This document shows positions 20,310 to 32,700 of a stretch of 64,000 bases of DNA, one piece after another. Position 1 is the first letter of the stretch; the number at the start of each line of letters is the position of its first letter. Source of the DNA: Spirochaetota bacterium (GTDB taxonomy: Bacteria > Spirochaetota > UBA4802 > JAFGDQ01); contig JAZDKB010000027.1 of assembly GCA_043803405.1 (NCBI GenBank), positions 1-64,000 on the forward strand, given 5' to 3'. Below the pieces are notes generated by a model, which saw only the letters and a list, made by a program, of their open reading frames with translations, did not search any database and was not told the DNA's origin. The position numbers and the translations under genes are program-made.

Positions 20310-21938
20310 TCAATCATCAGTAACTTTAACAGGCAGGGTAATGGTAAATGTTGTCCCTTCGCCCGGATTCGACTTCACATCGATATAGCCTTTATGCCTG
20401 TTGACAATTATATCATAAGCAATCGCAAGACCCTGTCCTGTGCCTTTCCCCGCTTCCTTTGTAGTAAAAAAAGGATCGAAGATTCTGTCCATTATTTCTG
20501 CCGGGATCCCTGCGCCCGTATCGCTTATTTTAATCATTATATATGTATCGCAATACCTGGTAGTTATTTTTATTGTCCCTTTTTTTTCTGTTTTCCCGCC
20601 GAGTTTTTCCTCAATGGCATGTGCGGCGTTTATTATAATATTAATAAAAACCCTTCCGAGATCATCCCCATAGCATTCTGTCATTTTCATGTTCTTGTCA
20701 AGATCAAGTTCAACTATTGAGACGTATTTCCATTCGTTTTTCGATATTGTAACGGAATCATCTATTATTTTATTTATATCTGAAAGAGATTTCACGCTAT
20801 TGCCCGGATGAGAAAATTTTTTAACTGAACCGGAGATATTTGTAATCCGGTTAATACCTTCCAGTATTTGTTCGGCAGCTTTGGGAACTTCATTTTTTAA
20901 ATATTCATAATCTATCGATTTTAAAAGATCAAATATTTTGTCTGCAATATCGCAGTTTTTTCCGCCTTTGTGAAATTCTATAAATTTATTCATTGTATCA
21001 AGGAGTTTCCCCAGCGATTCCTGAGTAAATACAGCATTGTCTTTGATGTACTGAGCAGGCGTGTTTATTTCGTGCGCTATTCCTGCAGCCAGCCTGCCTA
21101 TGGCTTCCAGCTTCTGAGCATGGTTTGTCTGTATCCTTATTGACCTGACTTCAGTAATGTCTTCACCTGTTATTAAATAGCCCGTAATAATATTTTCAGT
21201 ATCTTCGATCGGGCTGATTTTGATGTTCAGAAAGCGGGTGAGCCCTTCCTCGTCCCCTGATGGGGAAAATCGTACTTCCTTTAAGGAAACCGGATTTTTT
21301 TCCGTAATAGCAGCGGTAATATATTTATTTATTCTGTCCCACTCCCAGTTGATTATCGATTTATCGAGAATTTTCCCGAGGACGACTTTGGTTTGTATTT
21401 TAAAAACGTTTTCCGCTTCACTGTTCCAGTGAGTGATTTTTTTCTCGCTGGTTATGCCTATCAGGATTGATTTAATTGAGGAAAGGAGTGAATCTATTTC
21501 CTTAGTGCGTTCAATGACCATTTTTTCCAGGTTATCGCGATGGTATTTTAACTGTATATGAGTATCAACGCGGGATTTTAGTACAAGGAGCTGTACCGGT
21601 TTGGTAATATAATCAACTGCCCCAAGGGAAAAGCCTTTTATTTCGTCGAACATTTTATCCATTGCGGAAATAAAGATTACAGGAACATCTTTCGTCCAAA
21701 TATTTTCTTTTAATTTTTTGCATGTTTCATATCCGTCCAAACCGGGCATCATAATATCGAGCAAAATCAAGTCGGGCAATTCATTCTGAGCTGCTACAAT
21801 AGCCTGGTTCCCGTTAGTGGCAGGACGCACCCTGTACCCCCATTCCTTCAGGGCGCTGCTTAACACTTCGAGATTATCGGTGGAGTCGTCAACAATCATT
21901 ACGGAGAATCTTTTATCCTGAATAGTTTTTTCTTTCAT
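20310..21938 (-). CDS. REC-PAS-histidine kinase
   Basis: REC (LLDIMMP), [34 protein letters not shown]. Confidence 0.92.
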   Translation of the reverse strand: MKEKTIQDKRFSVMIVDDSTDNLEVLSSALKEWGYRVRPATNGNQAIVAAQNELPDLILLDIMMPGLDGYETCKKLKENIWTKDVPVIFISAMDKMFDEIKGFSLGAVDYITKPVQLLVLKSRVDTHIQLKYHRDNLEKMVIERTKEIDSLLSSIKSILIGITSEKKITHWNSEAENVFKIQTKVVLGKILDKSIINWEWDRINKYITAAITEKNPVSLKEVRFSPSGDEEGLTRFLNIKISPIEDTENIITGYLITGEDITEVRSIRIQTNHAQKLEAIGRLAAGIAHEINTPAQYIKDNAVFTQESLGKLLDTMNKFIEFHKGGKNCDIADKIFDLLKSIDYEYLKNEVPKAAEQILEGINRITNISGSVKKFSHPGNSVKSLSDINKIIDDSVTISKNEWKYVSIVELDLDKNMKMTECYGDDLGRVFINIIINAAHAIEEKLGGKTEKKGTIKITTRYCDTYIMIKISDTGAGIPAEIMDRIFDPFFTTKEAGKGTGQGLAIAYDIIVNRHKGYIDVKSNPGEGTTFTITLPVKVTDD

Positions 21939-21940
21939 AA

Positions 21941-23041
21941 TTAAACGCCTGTTATGTTTTCATATATCTCGTCAATTTCTTTATGTGATTCTTCAAAAGC
22001 ATTTGCTATAACCGGGTCAAAATGGTTCCCTATTCCTTCCTTTATTATTTCTCTTGTTTTTTCATGGGACAAGGAAGGTTTATAGCAGCGTTTTGACCTG
22101 ACTGCTTCATAAACGTCGGCAACAGCCATAATCCTGGCAGGGAGAGGGATGCTATCCCCGGAAATGCCGTCAGGGTAGCCGGTTCCGTTCCATTTTTCGT
22201 GATGATGTCTTGCTATTGCAATCCCCATTTTTATAAAGTTATTAGAGGGATATTGCTCCAGGACTGCGTTAAGCGTCTCAGCGCCGAAAGCAGCATGTGC
22301 CTTCATTATTTCAAATTCATCAGGTGTAAGCTTGCCGGGTTTAAGAAGGATATTGTCCGGTATTGCTACCTTGCCTATGTCGTGCAGCGGGCAGGCATGG
22401 TAAAGATTTTCAATAAAAGAATGGGTTGCAATGACGGCATAGTCGGAATTTTTACTGAGATTAACGGCAATAGCTTTGCAGATCAATTGAACTTTTTCGA
22501 GATGCTTTCCTGTCTCATCATCCCGCGATTCGGCAAGTTTTGCAAGGGCAAAGATTGTTGCCATTTGCGATTCCAATATTTCCCTGACCTGCGCTTCAAC
22601 TATCTTTTCAAGTTTTTCGTTGTATTCTTTCATCTCCATCTGCAGTCTGCGTAATTTTAAATGTGTTGCCACACGGGCCATGACTTCCTCAAACTGGAAC
22701 GGCTTTGTTATGTAATCAACTCCTCCTGAGGAAAAAGCCTCCATTTTTTCTTTTGTTTCCGTTAATCCGCTAATAAAGATAACCGGGATATCCCGCAGGT
22801 CAGTATCTTCCTTTAGTGTTTTGCATACTTCAAAACCATTCATATTCGGCATTGCAATATCGAGCAATATAAGATCGGGCGGATCGTTTTTCGCTGCCTG
22901 CAACGCAAGCTGTCCCGTTAGTGCAGGCCGCGCTTTGTAACCTTTAATTTTAAGCATACTCGCGAGCAATTCCAGGTTTGCAGGGGTGTCGTCTACAATC
23001 AAAATATTGGTAAAATTGTTTTTTAATTCGGGCGTATTCAT
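21941..23041 (-). CDS. REC + HD-GYP cyclic-dinucleotide phosphodiesterase (RpfG-like)
   Basis: REC (LLDIAMP), ETGKH, LHDIGK, HHEKWNGTGYP, ADVYEA. Confidence 0.93.
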   Translation of the reverse strand: MNTPELKNNFTNILIVDDTPANLELLASMLKIKGYKARPALTGQLALQAAKNDPPDLILLDIAMPNMNGFEVCKTLKEDTDLRDIPVIFISGLTETKEKMEAFSSGGVDYITKPFQFEEVMARVATHLKLRRLQMEMKEYNEKLEKIVEAQVREILESQMATIFALAKLAESRDDETGKHLEKVQLICKAIAVNLSKNSDYAVIATHSFIENLYHACPLHDIGKVAIPDNILLKPGKLTPDEFEIMKAHAAFGAETLNAVLEQYPSNNFIKMGIAIARHHHEKWNGTGYPDGISGDSIPLPARIMAVADVYEAVRSKRCYKPSLSHEKTREIIKEGIGNHFDPVIANAFEESHKEIDEIYENITGV

Positions 23042-25851
23042 TTTAATTTCATCCTTTCATTAAAGATTTTAACAAGGGTGTCGTATTGATAGGTCTTTAT
23101 TAATTTTTGTACTTTTTTGCCTGTTTCCGGTTTTTGTCCGCTTATTTGTTTGTTTAGTTCCAGGAGATTATCGTAATCTATGTTTGTAGCGGCTTTAATA
23201 ATTTTTTCAATTGTGCTGTCCGGAACATCTTCCAGTTCCGCGGGAGTTAATAATGATTCATTTTCAGCGGTAATTTTATTTTTTTCCTCGTATATAAACT
23301 CAATATTCAGTTGTTTTTGTATGCTTTCAACAAGAGATTGTATATTGATAGGTTTTCTTATGTATCCGTCCGCTCCCCAGTCTATCGCTTTTTCCTTGTC
23401 TTCTTCAAAGGCGCTCGCGGTTACTGCGATAATTCTGGTCATGTTTTTGATGTCCTTTTCTTTAATGCGAAGTAGCGCTTTGTAACCGTTCATTACAGGC
23501 ATTCTCATATCCATAAGTATCAGATGCGGAGACCACGTATCGAAAATATCAATAGCTTCACTGCCGTTTTCCGCTTCCATAAAGCTGAATCCCTGAATGT
23601 TTTTCAGAATATCTCTTATAAGATTACGGGTATTTTTATCGTCATCGGCTATCAGTATCCTGTATTCATTCCGGAAGTTTTTTATCCCGGTTATCTTTCT
23701 GTGTAATGGTTTTTCTTTTTGCTGGTATTCTTGTATTTCTTCGATAGCGACTGTAACGGTAAAGCAGGAGCCTTCGCCGGGTATGCTTCTGATTTTAATG
23801 TCGCCGCCGAGCGCCCTTGCGTATTTCAGGCTGATGTCAAGCCCAAGACCGGTCCCGCCTGCCTTTGATCCTGCTTCAGTCTGGCTGAATGCCTGAAAAA
23901 GATTTTTTATCTCGGATTCCGATATGCCGGGTCCTGTATCGCTGATATCTGTAATAAGTATAGTTTTATCGTTTTCTTTTTTCTCCGCTCGTGAAAAAAC
24001 GGTTATACTGCCTTTCTCTGTGAATTTAACCGCATTCCCGATTACGTTGACTAATATCTGCCTGAATTTTTTTTCGTCGGTAGAGACGAACTTTGGCAGG
24101 CCAGGTGTTAAATTCATTATAAAGTTAATATTCTTTGATAAGGTTTGTTCATGGAACATCATTTCAATGTCAGCAAACAGATCCGGCAGATTGAATGTAT
24201 TTTTATTAAAAGAAATCTTTCCGGCGTCTATTCTGGACAGATCAAGTATATTGTTTATTAAATCCAGGAGATGTTCGCCGCTGCGGTAAATGGTTGATAT
24301 GCGTTCTTTCTGGGAGTCATTCAGCATTACATCGTGCAACAATAATTGTGAGAAACCGATAATCGCATTCAGAGGAGTTCGTATTTCATGAGACATACTT
24401 GAAAGGAACCTGCTTTTAGCCCTGTTTGCCGACACTGCTTCTTCTTTTGCCTTCTCCAGTTCCGTTGTGCGTGTTTTTACAAGCTCCTCAAGATGATCGC
24501 GGTATCTTTTTAGTTCTTCCTCCGCCAGCTTGCGTTCGGTTCTGTCAAGCACCATGCCCAGGGACCGGATGACTTTCCCGTTCTCATCTTTTATGTGTTC
24601 GCATTTCTCGTATACATGGCGTATTTCTCCCGTGTTTTTTCTGATGATACGGTGTTCGATCTCGTAATTTTCTTTTCCGTTCATTACCGAATCCCAGTAG
24701 GTTGTATTGACTGTCTCCCTGTCATCAGGGTGAACGACGTCAAGAAAACCTTCGTAGGAACCGCTAAAATCTTTCGGCTGTATCCCGAATATTCGGCAAA
24801 CTTCATCCGACCATGTCAGTTGATCTTTGCTGACATCCATTTCCCATCCGCCCAGATGGGCCATCTCCTGGGCTTTCTTTAATTGTTCCTCGCTTTTTTT
24901 CAGTGCTTTCTCACTGGCTTTTCGTTCCGTGATGTCACGGTCAATGCCCCTGTATCCCAGAAAGTTTCCTTTTGCGTCAAATGCGGGCACTCCATTCGTT
25001 TCGAGTACTACGTGCCGCCCGTCTTTGTGCAGATTTATGTTCTCCAGCCGGATAATAGCTTTGCGAGACCTGATAATTTCCCCGAATAACCTGCCCAACC
25101 GCTCCGCTTCTTCCGGAAGCATCAGGTCAAAAGGACTCTTCCCCATGACTTCTTCCGGTTCGTATCCTAACAGTTCCCTGATCTTCGGACTGGCATACGT
25201 GTAAATGCCGTTACCGTCTACCTCCCATACCCAGTCGCTGGTTGTTTCGACCATTGACCTGAACCTCTCCTCGCTTTCACGTAGCGACTCTTCAACCTGT
25301 TTCCGTTCATTGATCTCCGCATTTTTTTCTTCAATAGCTGTTACTAATTTAATATTTGATTCCTGGAGCTGGCTGATCTTCTGGCTTAGTTTATTCACAA
25401 GCCGGTCATTATGAGCTTTAATAAAACGTAATTCATCTGCAAATTCCAGTTTAGGACTGTCAAATGCAGAGTCCTTATTTATTTCTGTCAGTATATTGTT
25501 AATAATATTAATAAATATTTTAGGTTCAGTCGGTTTAATAACAAAACGTGAAGCTCCTAGCCTCATGGCGAATTCTTCGTCTTTTTTTGAAGTGTATGTG
25601 GAAGTATAAAAAATAAACGGGATATTCTTCCAGCTTTTATTATTCCTGACTTCATAACAAAGCTGCCATCCGTCCATTTCCGGCATAAGGATATCTGAAA
25701 TAATCAGGTCAAAGGATTCCTTCTCTAAAGCATCAAGCGCTTCAGCTCCATTGTGTGCTGAAACCACAATGTTTTTACTGCTTAACATCGTCTCCATCAA
25801 ATAAAGATTATTTTCATCATCATCGACGCTTAGTATCCGCATGAATGACAC
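23038..25851 (-). CDS. REC-PAS-PAS-HisKA-HATPase-REC hybrid kinase
   Basis: Two REC domains, two PAS, SMSHEIRTPLN, GNAVKFT, GTGLGL; start GTG 25851 or ATG 25842. Confidence 0.92.
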   Translation of the reverse strand: MSFMRILSVDDDENNLYLMETMLSSKNIVVSAHNGAEALDALEKESFDLIISDILMPEMDGWQLCYEVRNNKSWKNIPFIFYTSTYTSKKDEEFAMRLGASRFVIKPTEPKIFINIINNILTEINKDSAFDSPKLEFADELRFIKAHNDRLVNKLSQKISQLQESNIKLVTAIEEKNAEINERKQVEESLRESEERFRSMVETTSDWVWEVDGNGIYTYASPKIRELLGYEPEEVMGKSPFDLMLPEEAERLGRLFGEIIRSRKAIIRLENINLHKDGRHVVLETNGVPAFDAKGNFLGYRGIDRDITERKASEKALKKSEEQLKKAQEMAHLGGWEMDVSKDQLTWSDEVCRIFGIQPKDFSGSYEGFLDVVHPDDRETVNTTYWDSVMNGKENYEIEHRIIRKNTGEIRHVYEKCEHIKDENGKVIRSLGMVLDRTERKLAEEELKRYRDHLEELVKTRTTELEKAKEEAVSANRAKSRFLSSMSHEIRTPLNAIIGFSQLLLHDVMLNDSQKERISTIYRSGEHLLDLINNILDLSRIDAGKISFNKNTFNLPDLFADIEMMFHEQTLSKNINFIMNLTPGLPKFVSTDEKKFRQILVNVIGNAVKFTEKGSITVFSRAEKKENDKTILITDISDTGPGISESEIKNLFQAFSQTEAGSKAGGTGLGLDISLKYARALGGDIKIRSIPGEGSCFTVTVAIEEIQEYQQKEKPLHRKITGIKNFRNEYRILIADDDKNTRNLIRDILKNIQGFSFMEAENGSEAIDIFDTWSPHLILMDMRMPVMNGYKALLRIKEKDIKNMTRIIAVTASAFEEDKEKAIDWGADGYIRKPINIQSLVESIQKQLNIEFIYEEKNKITAENESLLTPAELEDVPDSTIEKIIKAATNIDYDNLLELNKQISGQKPETGKKVQKLIKTYQYDTLVKIFNERMKLK

Positions 25852-26151
25852 CTGATGTTATCAAATTTTTTCGGGCATTGATTGGAAAAGAAGTGCTGTT
25901 TCGGCTGACCGATGTAGTAATGAATAAAACAATAGTTCTTTATGAAATTCAGAACAAATTATGTATGTTGGTATATACCTCCCGGCCTTAAAATCCAGTC
26001 AATTAGTTACGTTAAAAGTTTAACAGGATAGATTGAATAATTCAATAAAAAAATTACCGGCTGGCTTACCGGCATTATTATAGCATATCTACGACTCATC
26101 TTAAAAATAATCAGTGTTAATTAACACCTGTTGAGATTGAAAATAGTTGCT

Positions 26152-26180
26152 TTGACATTATTTCTGCTTGTTGCTATAAT
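26152..26180 (+). promoter_or_regulatory. Consensus sigma70 promoter upstream of the Cache kinase operon
   Basis: TTGACA (26152-26157), 17-nt spacer, TG-c-TATAAT (26172-26180). Confidence 0.8.
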
Positions 26181-26272
26181 ATAATAGAGGGTGTTTGCAT
26201 TCCAAGTAAAATATCCGAGGGGGGATGAGATGGTTATTTTTTAATTAATCATTATTGTTGAAGGAAAATGGC

Positions 26273-29200
26273 ATGCTTAAAAATTTGTCTTTCAGAAACA
26301 AGCTGTTATTATGGGTAATGCCGACGCTTATAATCGGATTTTTTGCGCTAAGTCTTGGTGCGTACTGGTACGTTAGCAGGCTCATTAAACGGGAATTAAC
26401 CGCAAGCATGCTGGCAACAACCGGTAAAACTGCCGAAAGCATAAATACATGGCTTAAGACACTTTTAATTGAGCCGGAAACGATCGCTTCTACTCCCGCG
26501 GCAAAAGCAATTAATGTTGATTTCCACCTCATAGACATCCAGAACATAAACCGTCACAAAATCCTCCATGAAAAATATCCGGATATATTCCAGGATATTT
26601 ATGCAGCTAACCGGCATGGTGAGTACCATACGGTACGCCAGATGAATAGCAGCTATTACATGTTTATCGGTCATATACAGGATCGTCCTTATTTTAAATC
26701 CATTATGGCGGGCGGACCGGCGCAGATTACAACGCCTCTCGTATCCAGAACAACAGGCATACCTACGATATTCATGGTAGCGCCGATAAAAGACGATGCG
26801 GGACGCACGCAGGGTCTGGTAGGCACCGGAATTTCCCTGGGATATATTCAGAAACTTGCAGGTAGTCTTAAGGCCGGCAAAACAGGATATGGCATTGTTG
26901 TCGATAAAGACGGGATGTTAATTTATCATCCGGATAAAGAAGTTGCCATGAAAAAGAGGATGAACGATTTTGACGATCCCTCTATAAAAGAACTTTGGAA
27001 ACTGATGAGTACGGGCGGTTCCGGAATACGTCATTATAAATACAATGGTCAAAAAAAAGTGGTCTTCTATCAGCCTATAACTGCTACCGGATGGTATGTG
27101 GCAACGGTAGTTCCGGAAGCCGAACTTTTCGCGCCCGCATCGCGAATGATCAGGTCATTGCTGATTATAACAGCAGTTATCCTGATACTGGTGGCTGCGG
27201 GTATTATAATCCTGGCTCACAAATTAACGCAGCCGCTGTACGACCTTGCTTTGCGCACCAGGAAAATAGCGGCCGGTAACATGGAAGTAATTGCTGTTGA
27301 GACGGACTCGCGGGACGAGATAGGACAGCTCACCGGTGAGTTCAATGTAATGGCTGAAAATCTGAGGAAGCACCGCGAACACCTTGAAGTGTTAGTGAAG
27401 GAACGAACCTCGGAGCTGACTCAATCCATTTCGCTTCTCAACGCTACAATAGAATCGACTACAGACGGAATTCTCGTGGTAGACAGAGCCGGCAAGATTG
27501 TTAATTTCAATAAAAGATTTGTTGAGATGTGGCATATTCCGGAAGAAGTGATTTTGCTGAAGGATGATGATAAGGCTCTTGCCTGTGTTTTGGATCAATT
27601 ATGTAATCCTGACGAATTTATTGCAAAAGTGAAGGAGTTGTATAACCGGCCGGAGGAAGAGAGCCTCGATATACTGAATTTTAAGAACGGTAATATCTTT
27701 GAGAGGTACTCCCGGCCGCAGCGCATAGACGACCGGATTGTCGGGCGGGTCTGGAGCTTTCGTGATATTACTGTGCGCAGACAATCGGAGAAAGCGCTGG
27801 AAAGATCTTATGCAATTTTAAAGAGCGTTGTTGAGAGCCCCAAAGAGGTTGTGATCTTTGCCCTTGACAGGGAGTACCGGTACATTGCCTTCAATAAAAA
27901 TCATTATGAGACAATGAGACGGATCTGGGGAGCAGATATCTCTTTAGGAATCAGTATGCTTGAATATATTAAAAATCCTGAAGACAGGCAGAAGGCAAAA
28001 ATTAATTTTGACCGCGCGCTGTTGGGTGATTCTTTTTCAATAATTGAGCAGTACGGGGATGAAGCACTTGAACGCAGATACTATGAGGATATTTATAATT
28101 CAATTATTGATGAAAACGGGAATGTAATAGGGCTTACTTTATTTCTTTCCGACATTACGGAGCGTAAGCAGGCGGAGGAAGCGCTTCGTGAATCCCGCCA
28201 GATACTTATGACTGTGCTGGATACGATTCCCGTCCGGGTTTTCTGGAAGGATCGCGATTTAAAATACGTCGGATGCAACAAGCCGTTTGCGCTGGACGCC
28301 GGGTTTAATGAGCCCGAGGAACTGCTGGGAAAGGACGATTACAGCATGGGATGGCGGGAGCAGGCCGAACTCTACCGCGCGGATGACCGGCAGGTGATCG
28401 AGACCGGCCGTTCGAAACTGCTGATAGAGGAACCGCAGACTACGCCTGATGGAAAGACCATCTGGCTGATTACAAGCAAGATACCGCTTAGGGACTCAAC
28501 ACATGCTATATACGGAGTGCTGGGCACATATATGGATATTACAGATTACAGGAAAGCTGCGGATGCGCTCCGCGAAAGCGAGGAAAGGTTCCGGGTAATA
28601 TTTCATGCTCAGCAAACAGGTCTTTTAATGATAGATTCGCAGACACATACTATTGCGGACGCTAATGCGGCAGCATTATTGCTGATCGGCCTTCCGGAGG
28701 AAAAGGTGATAGGGGAAGTCTGCCATGCTTTTGTTTGCACTGCAGAACGCGGGGCATGCCCGATTACCGACCTGGGACAGAGGATCGACAATTCCGAGCG
28801 TATCCTTTTAGCGGCAGGCGGCGAGCAGATACCTGTCCTTAAGTCAGCTAATCCGATTAATCTGGCAGGCCGTCCATATTTGCTCGAAAGTATTGTCGAC
28901 CTTCGGGAACGCAAACAGATGGAGGGTGTGATGCTCAGAATGAATGAAAAGCTGGAACAGAAGGTTGCGGAAAGGACCCGGCAGCTGCTGGATGCCCAGG
29001 AAGAGCTTGTACGCAAAGAAAAGCTCGCCATTGTCGGTCAGCTTGCAGGGATCGTCGGGCATGAGATCCGCAATCCTCTGGGGATCATTAACAATGCCGT
29101 TTATTTTCTTAAAACAATCATAACCGGCGCAGATGATACTGTTAAGGAATATCTCGATATTATTAAATATGAAATTGATGATTCCCTTAGGATCATCACA

Positions 29201-29719
29201 GATCTTCTCGATTTTTCCCGCACCAGGACTCCCCGGATCCTTCCTGTTGATATCGGTCTGCTTATAAAAGAGACACTCGGCAAATATCCGGTTCCGGAGA
29301 ATATTGATATCAGGCTGGATATTCCCGATAATCTTCACCGTTTGTATGCAGATCCGTTTCAAATGAGCCAGATATTCAGAAACCTTATTGCCAATGCCGT
29401 ACAGGCTATGCCGGAAGGCGGCGTTCTTGGCATAATTGCGCGCGAATCTCAGGATTCAGCCCAGACTCAAGATACGGGAAAGGATTATCTGGAAATTGTG
29501 GTCTCCGATACCGGAAAGGGAATATCGCCGGAGAATATGGGTAAGCTTTTTCAGCCTCTTTTTACGACAAAGACAAAGGGGATCGGTCTGGGGCTTGTGA
29601 CTTGTAAAACCCTGGCAGAAGCCAACGAAGGGAGAATAGAGGTGAAAAGCGAGTTGGGGAAAGGGACTGCTTTTTCAGTGTTTTTATCGATTGAAGAAAG
29701 GCCGGAAAATGTCAGCTGA
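26273..29719 (+). CDS. Membrane histidine kinase: dCache-HAMP-4xPAS-HisKA-HATPase
   Basis: TM, Cache (DRPYFK, YGIVVDKDG..YHPD, TGWYV), HAMP (DEIGQL..FN.M), four PAS, GHEIRNPL, LFTTK. ATG 26273 follows AAGGA (the track starts at TTG 26255). Confidence 0.92.
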   Translation: MLKNLSFRNKLLLWVMPTLIIGFFALSLGAYWYVSRLIKRELTASMLATTGKTAESINTWLKTLLIEPETIASTPAAKAINVDFHLIDIQNINRHKILHEKYPDIFQDIYAANRHGEYHTVRQMNSSYYMFIGHIQDRPYFKSIMAGGPAQITTPLVSRTTGIPTIFMVAPIKDDAGRTQGLVGTGISLGYIQKLAGSLKAGKTGYGIVVDKDGMLIYHPDKEVAMKKRMNDFDDPSIKELWKLMSTGGSGIRHYKYNGQKKVVFYQPITATGWYVATVVPEAELFAPASRMIRSLLIITAVILILVAAGIIILAHKLTQPLYDLALRTRKIAAGNMEVIAVETDSRDEIGQLTGEFNVMAENLRKHREHLEVLVKERTSELTQSISLLNATIESTTDGILVVDRAGKIVNFNKRFVEMWHIPEEVILLKDDDKALACVLDQLCNPDEFIAKVKELYNRPEEESLDILNFKNGNIFERYSRPQRIDDRIVGRVWSFRDITVRRQSEKALERSYAILKSVVESPKEVVIFALDREYRYIAFNKNHYETMRRIWGADISLGISMLEYIKNPEDRQKAKINFDRALLGDSFSIIEQYGDEALERRYYEDIYNSIIDENGNVIGLTLFLSDITERKQAEEALRESRQILMTVLDTIPVRVFWKDRDLKYVGCNKPFALDAGFNEPEELLGKDDYSMGWREQAELYRADDRQVIETGRSKLLIEEPQTTPDGKTIWLITSKIPLRDSTHAIYGVLGTYMDITDYRKAADALRESEERFRVIFHAQQTGLLMIDSQTHTIADANAAALLLIGLPEEKVIGEVCHAFVCTAERGACPITDLGQRIDNSERILLAAGGEQIPVLKSANPINLAGRPYLLESIVDLRERKQMEGVMLRMNEKLEQKVAERTRQLLDAQEELVRKEKLAIVGQLAGIVGHEIRNPLGIINNAVYFLKTIITGADDTVKEYLDIIKYEIDDSLRIITDLLDFSRTRTPRILPVDIGLLIKETLGKYPVPENIDIRLDIPDNLHRLYADPFQMSQIFRNLIANAVQAMPEGGVLGIIARESQDSAQTQDTGKDYLEIVVSDTGKGISPENMGKLFQPLFTTKTKGIGLGLVTCKTLAEANEGRIEVKSELGKGTAFSVFLSIEERPENVS

Positions 29720-29768
29720 TTGTTTAACCATATTCTATTAAAACAGCCGTCAGAGGGGCATTGAAACA

Positions 29769-32700
29769 ATGGAAAACAAATATTGTAAAACGGGTCAAGA
29801 GAGGATAAAGAATGATGACAGGTATTTTCGTATCATTCAGGCGATTCCCGATGCTATCTTCCTGCTGCGGGCAATTGACGGCGTCTTCCTGGATATAAAC
29901 AATGCTTTTGAAAAATTGACGGGATACCCGTGCGAAGAAATTCTAGGACGGACGTATGAACAGCTCCCGTTTTTCCCAAAGCCGGGTTTTTCAACACAGG
30001 GTTTTCCGGTACCGGAAAAAAACGGCGAAATTTCCGAAATCGAAACCAGCCTTTTCCGCAAAGATGGAAGAGTCGCCCGCGTGCTGATATCATCGCATCG
30101 AGTTGAGGTAGATGGAGAAGCCTGCTGCCTGAACATTGCGCACGAAATTACCGGACGCAGGCCGACAGAGGAAATCTTGCCGGATAGTGAAGAACTAAGA
30201 CAGAAGCTGGATGCCGCTGTTTCCCCTGAAATCGGGAAATGGAATCTGGAGCTTGCCGACATTATCGATGCCAGGGTAATTCAGCCGCTAATGGATGATT
30301 TCTATAATCTTGCCCGCATTCCCATGGCTATTGTCGATCTGAAAGGGAAAGTCCTGGTCGGCGTAGGGTGGCAGGATATCTGCATCAAGTTTCATCGTAT
30401 TCATACGGAAACATGCAAGTATTGCATAGAAAGCGACTTACAACTTACATCGGGCGTTCAGCCTGGCGAGTTCCGTCTTTACAAATGCAGGAACAATATG
30501 TGGGACATAGCAACGCCTCTGATTGTCAGTGGGCATCATGTCGGAAACATTTTTTCCGGGCAGTTCTTTTTCGATGAGGAGCCCCTGGATTACGATTTAT
30601 TCCGAATACAAGCCAAACGTTATGGTTTCGATGAACAGGCATACATCTCCGCGCTCGAAGCAGTTCCAAGGCTGAGCAGGGAATCTGTGAATGCAGGGAT
30701 GTCGTTTCTCATGAAACTTGCTCATATGCTTTCGCAATTGAGTTATGGTAATATCAGGCTTGCCAGGTCATTGTCGGAACGCGATGCTCTTATGGAATCA
30801 CTGCAGGAAAGCGAAAAGCGTTATCGCGATCTCTTTGACAGTGTCCCTGTCGGTATCTTCCGTACCTCGTCGGAAGGCCGGATACTTGATGCAAATACGG
30901 CGCTTGTTCATATTCTCGGGTACCCGGATCGTGAAGCGCTGCTTGCAGCCAATGCTGCTGACATGTATTTATTCCGCGAGGATCGTATGCAATGGCAGGC
31001 AAATGCAGATAAGGAAGGTGTGGTGCACGGTTTTGAGACGCGGATGCGGCAGCCGGACGGAAGTATTATATGGGTGAGAATTAGAGGCCGGATAGTAGAT
31101 GACGGCCAGGCGATATACAATGAAGGGATTATGGAGGACATTACCGAGCGCAGGAAGACTGAAACCGCCCTGCGGGAAAGCGAGGAGAAATACCGGGTGC
31201 TTGTTGAAAGCGCCAATGATGTCGTTTTAATTCATAAGATCAATGAAGACGGCAAGCCAGGACATTTTCTGGAGGTAAACGAGGTGGCTTGCAGGCGGCT
31301 GGGTTACAGCAGGGAGGAGTTTTCCAGGCTCAGCCCTTTTGAACTTGATGACCCGAAATTTCGGGGACAAATACCCAATATCATGGAAAGCCTCCGCACC
31401 AGGGGGTACGCTGTATTTGAAACGGCGCATATAACAAAGGATGGCCGAAGTATTCCTGTAGAGATCAGCACAAAAGCGGTGAATCTGAAAGGGGAACCTT
31501 ACCTCATATCGATAGCCAGGGACATTACCGAACGGAAGAAAGCGGAGGCACGTCTTCGCAAAGAAAGTGAGCGTGGCAACATCCTTCTGTCACTTTACAA
31601 GGAATCGAAAATGCTGGCAGACAAACAACTTTACGATTATGCTCTTGATAGAGCAGTCTCGCTTACGGAGAGTGCTATTGGTTTTTTTCATCTTGTATCG
31701 GATGACCAGCAAAAAGTGATCCTGACGACATGGAATACAGAGGCGCTCAGGAACTGCACGGCTGCATATAACACCCATTATGCAATCGATGAGGCAGGCA
31801 ACTGGGTCGATTGTGTACGTCTCAAACGGCCTGTTGTCTACAACGATTTCAAAAACTCACCCAACCGGAAAGGGCTTCCCGAAGGGCATACGCCAGTAAA
31901 GCGTTTCATGAGTGTTCCTGTGATGGAAGGCGACAAAGTAAGGATTATCTTTGGCGTAGGGAACAAGGTTGAAGAATACGACGACAATGACATCATGCAT
32001 ATTCAGCTTGTTGCCAATGAGTTACAAAAGATTATTAACCAGCGTTGTATAGAAGCAACGCTGAAAGATGCACGGGAGGAACTTGTACGCAAAGAAAAGC
32101 TCGCTGTTCTTGGCCAGCTTGCGGGGATCGTGGGGCATGAGATCCGTAATCCTCTGGGAGTAATGAGCAATGCCGTCTACTTTCTTAAAACTGTCATATC
32201 AAATCCGGATGAAAAAGTGAAAGAGTATCTGCATATTATCAGCCAGGAGATTGATAATTCGCATCGTATTATCTCGGATCTTCTGGATTTTGCCCGGACG
32301 AAGACACCCCAGGTAAGAGCGGTTGTTGTCAGGGAGCTTGTCACTGAGTCTTTAGGAAAATGTTTAATACCCGGGAATATTGAATCACAGACGGACATTC
32401 CGGACACATTGCCGAAAGTCAATGCAGACCCGTTTCAGATAGGGCAGGTATTGCAGAACCTTATTACTAACGCAATACAGGCCATGCCGAAGGGAGGCAA
32501 ACTTCGCATAAGCGCTGTTTCTGCTAATGAAACCGGTTTTATAGAAATCAGAGTGTCCGATACAGGGGAAGGGATATCGCCTGAGAATATGGAGAAACTC
32601 TTCCAGCCACTGTTTACTACCAAGGTGCGCGGGATTGGGCTGGGGCTTGTGGTCTGTAAAAACCAGGTGGAGGTTAACGGAGGAACGATAACAGTTGAGA

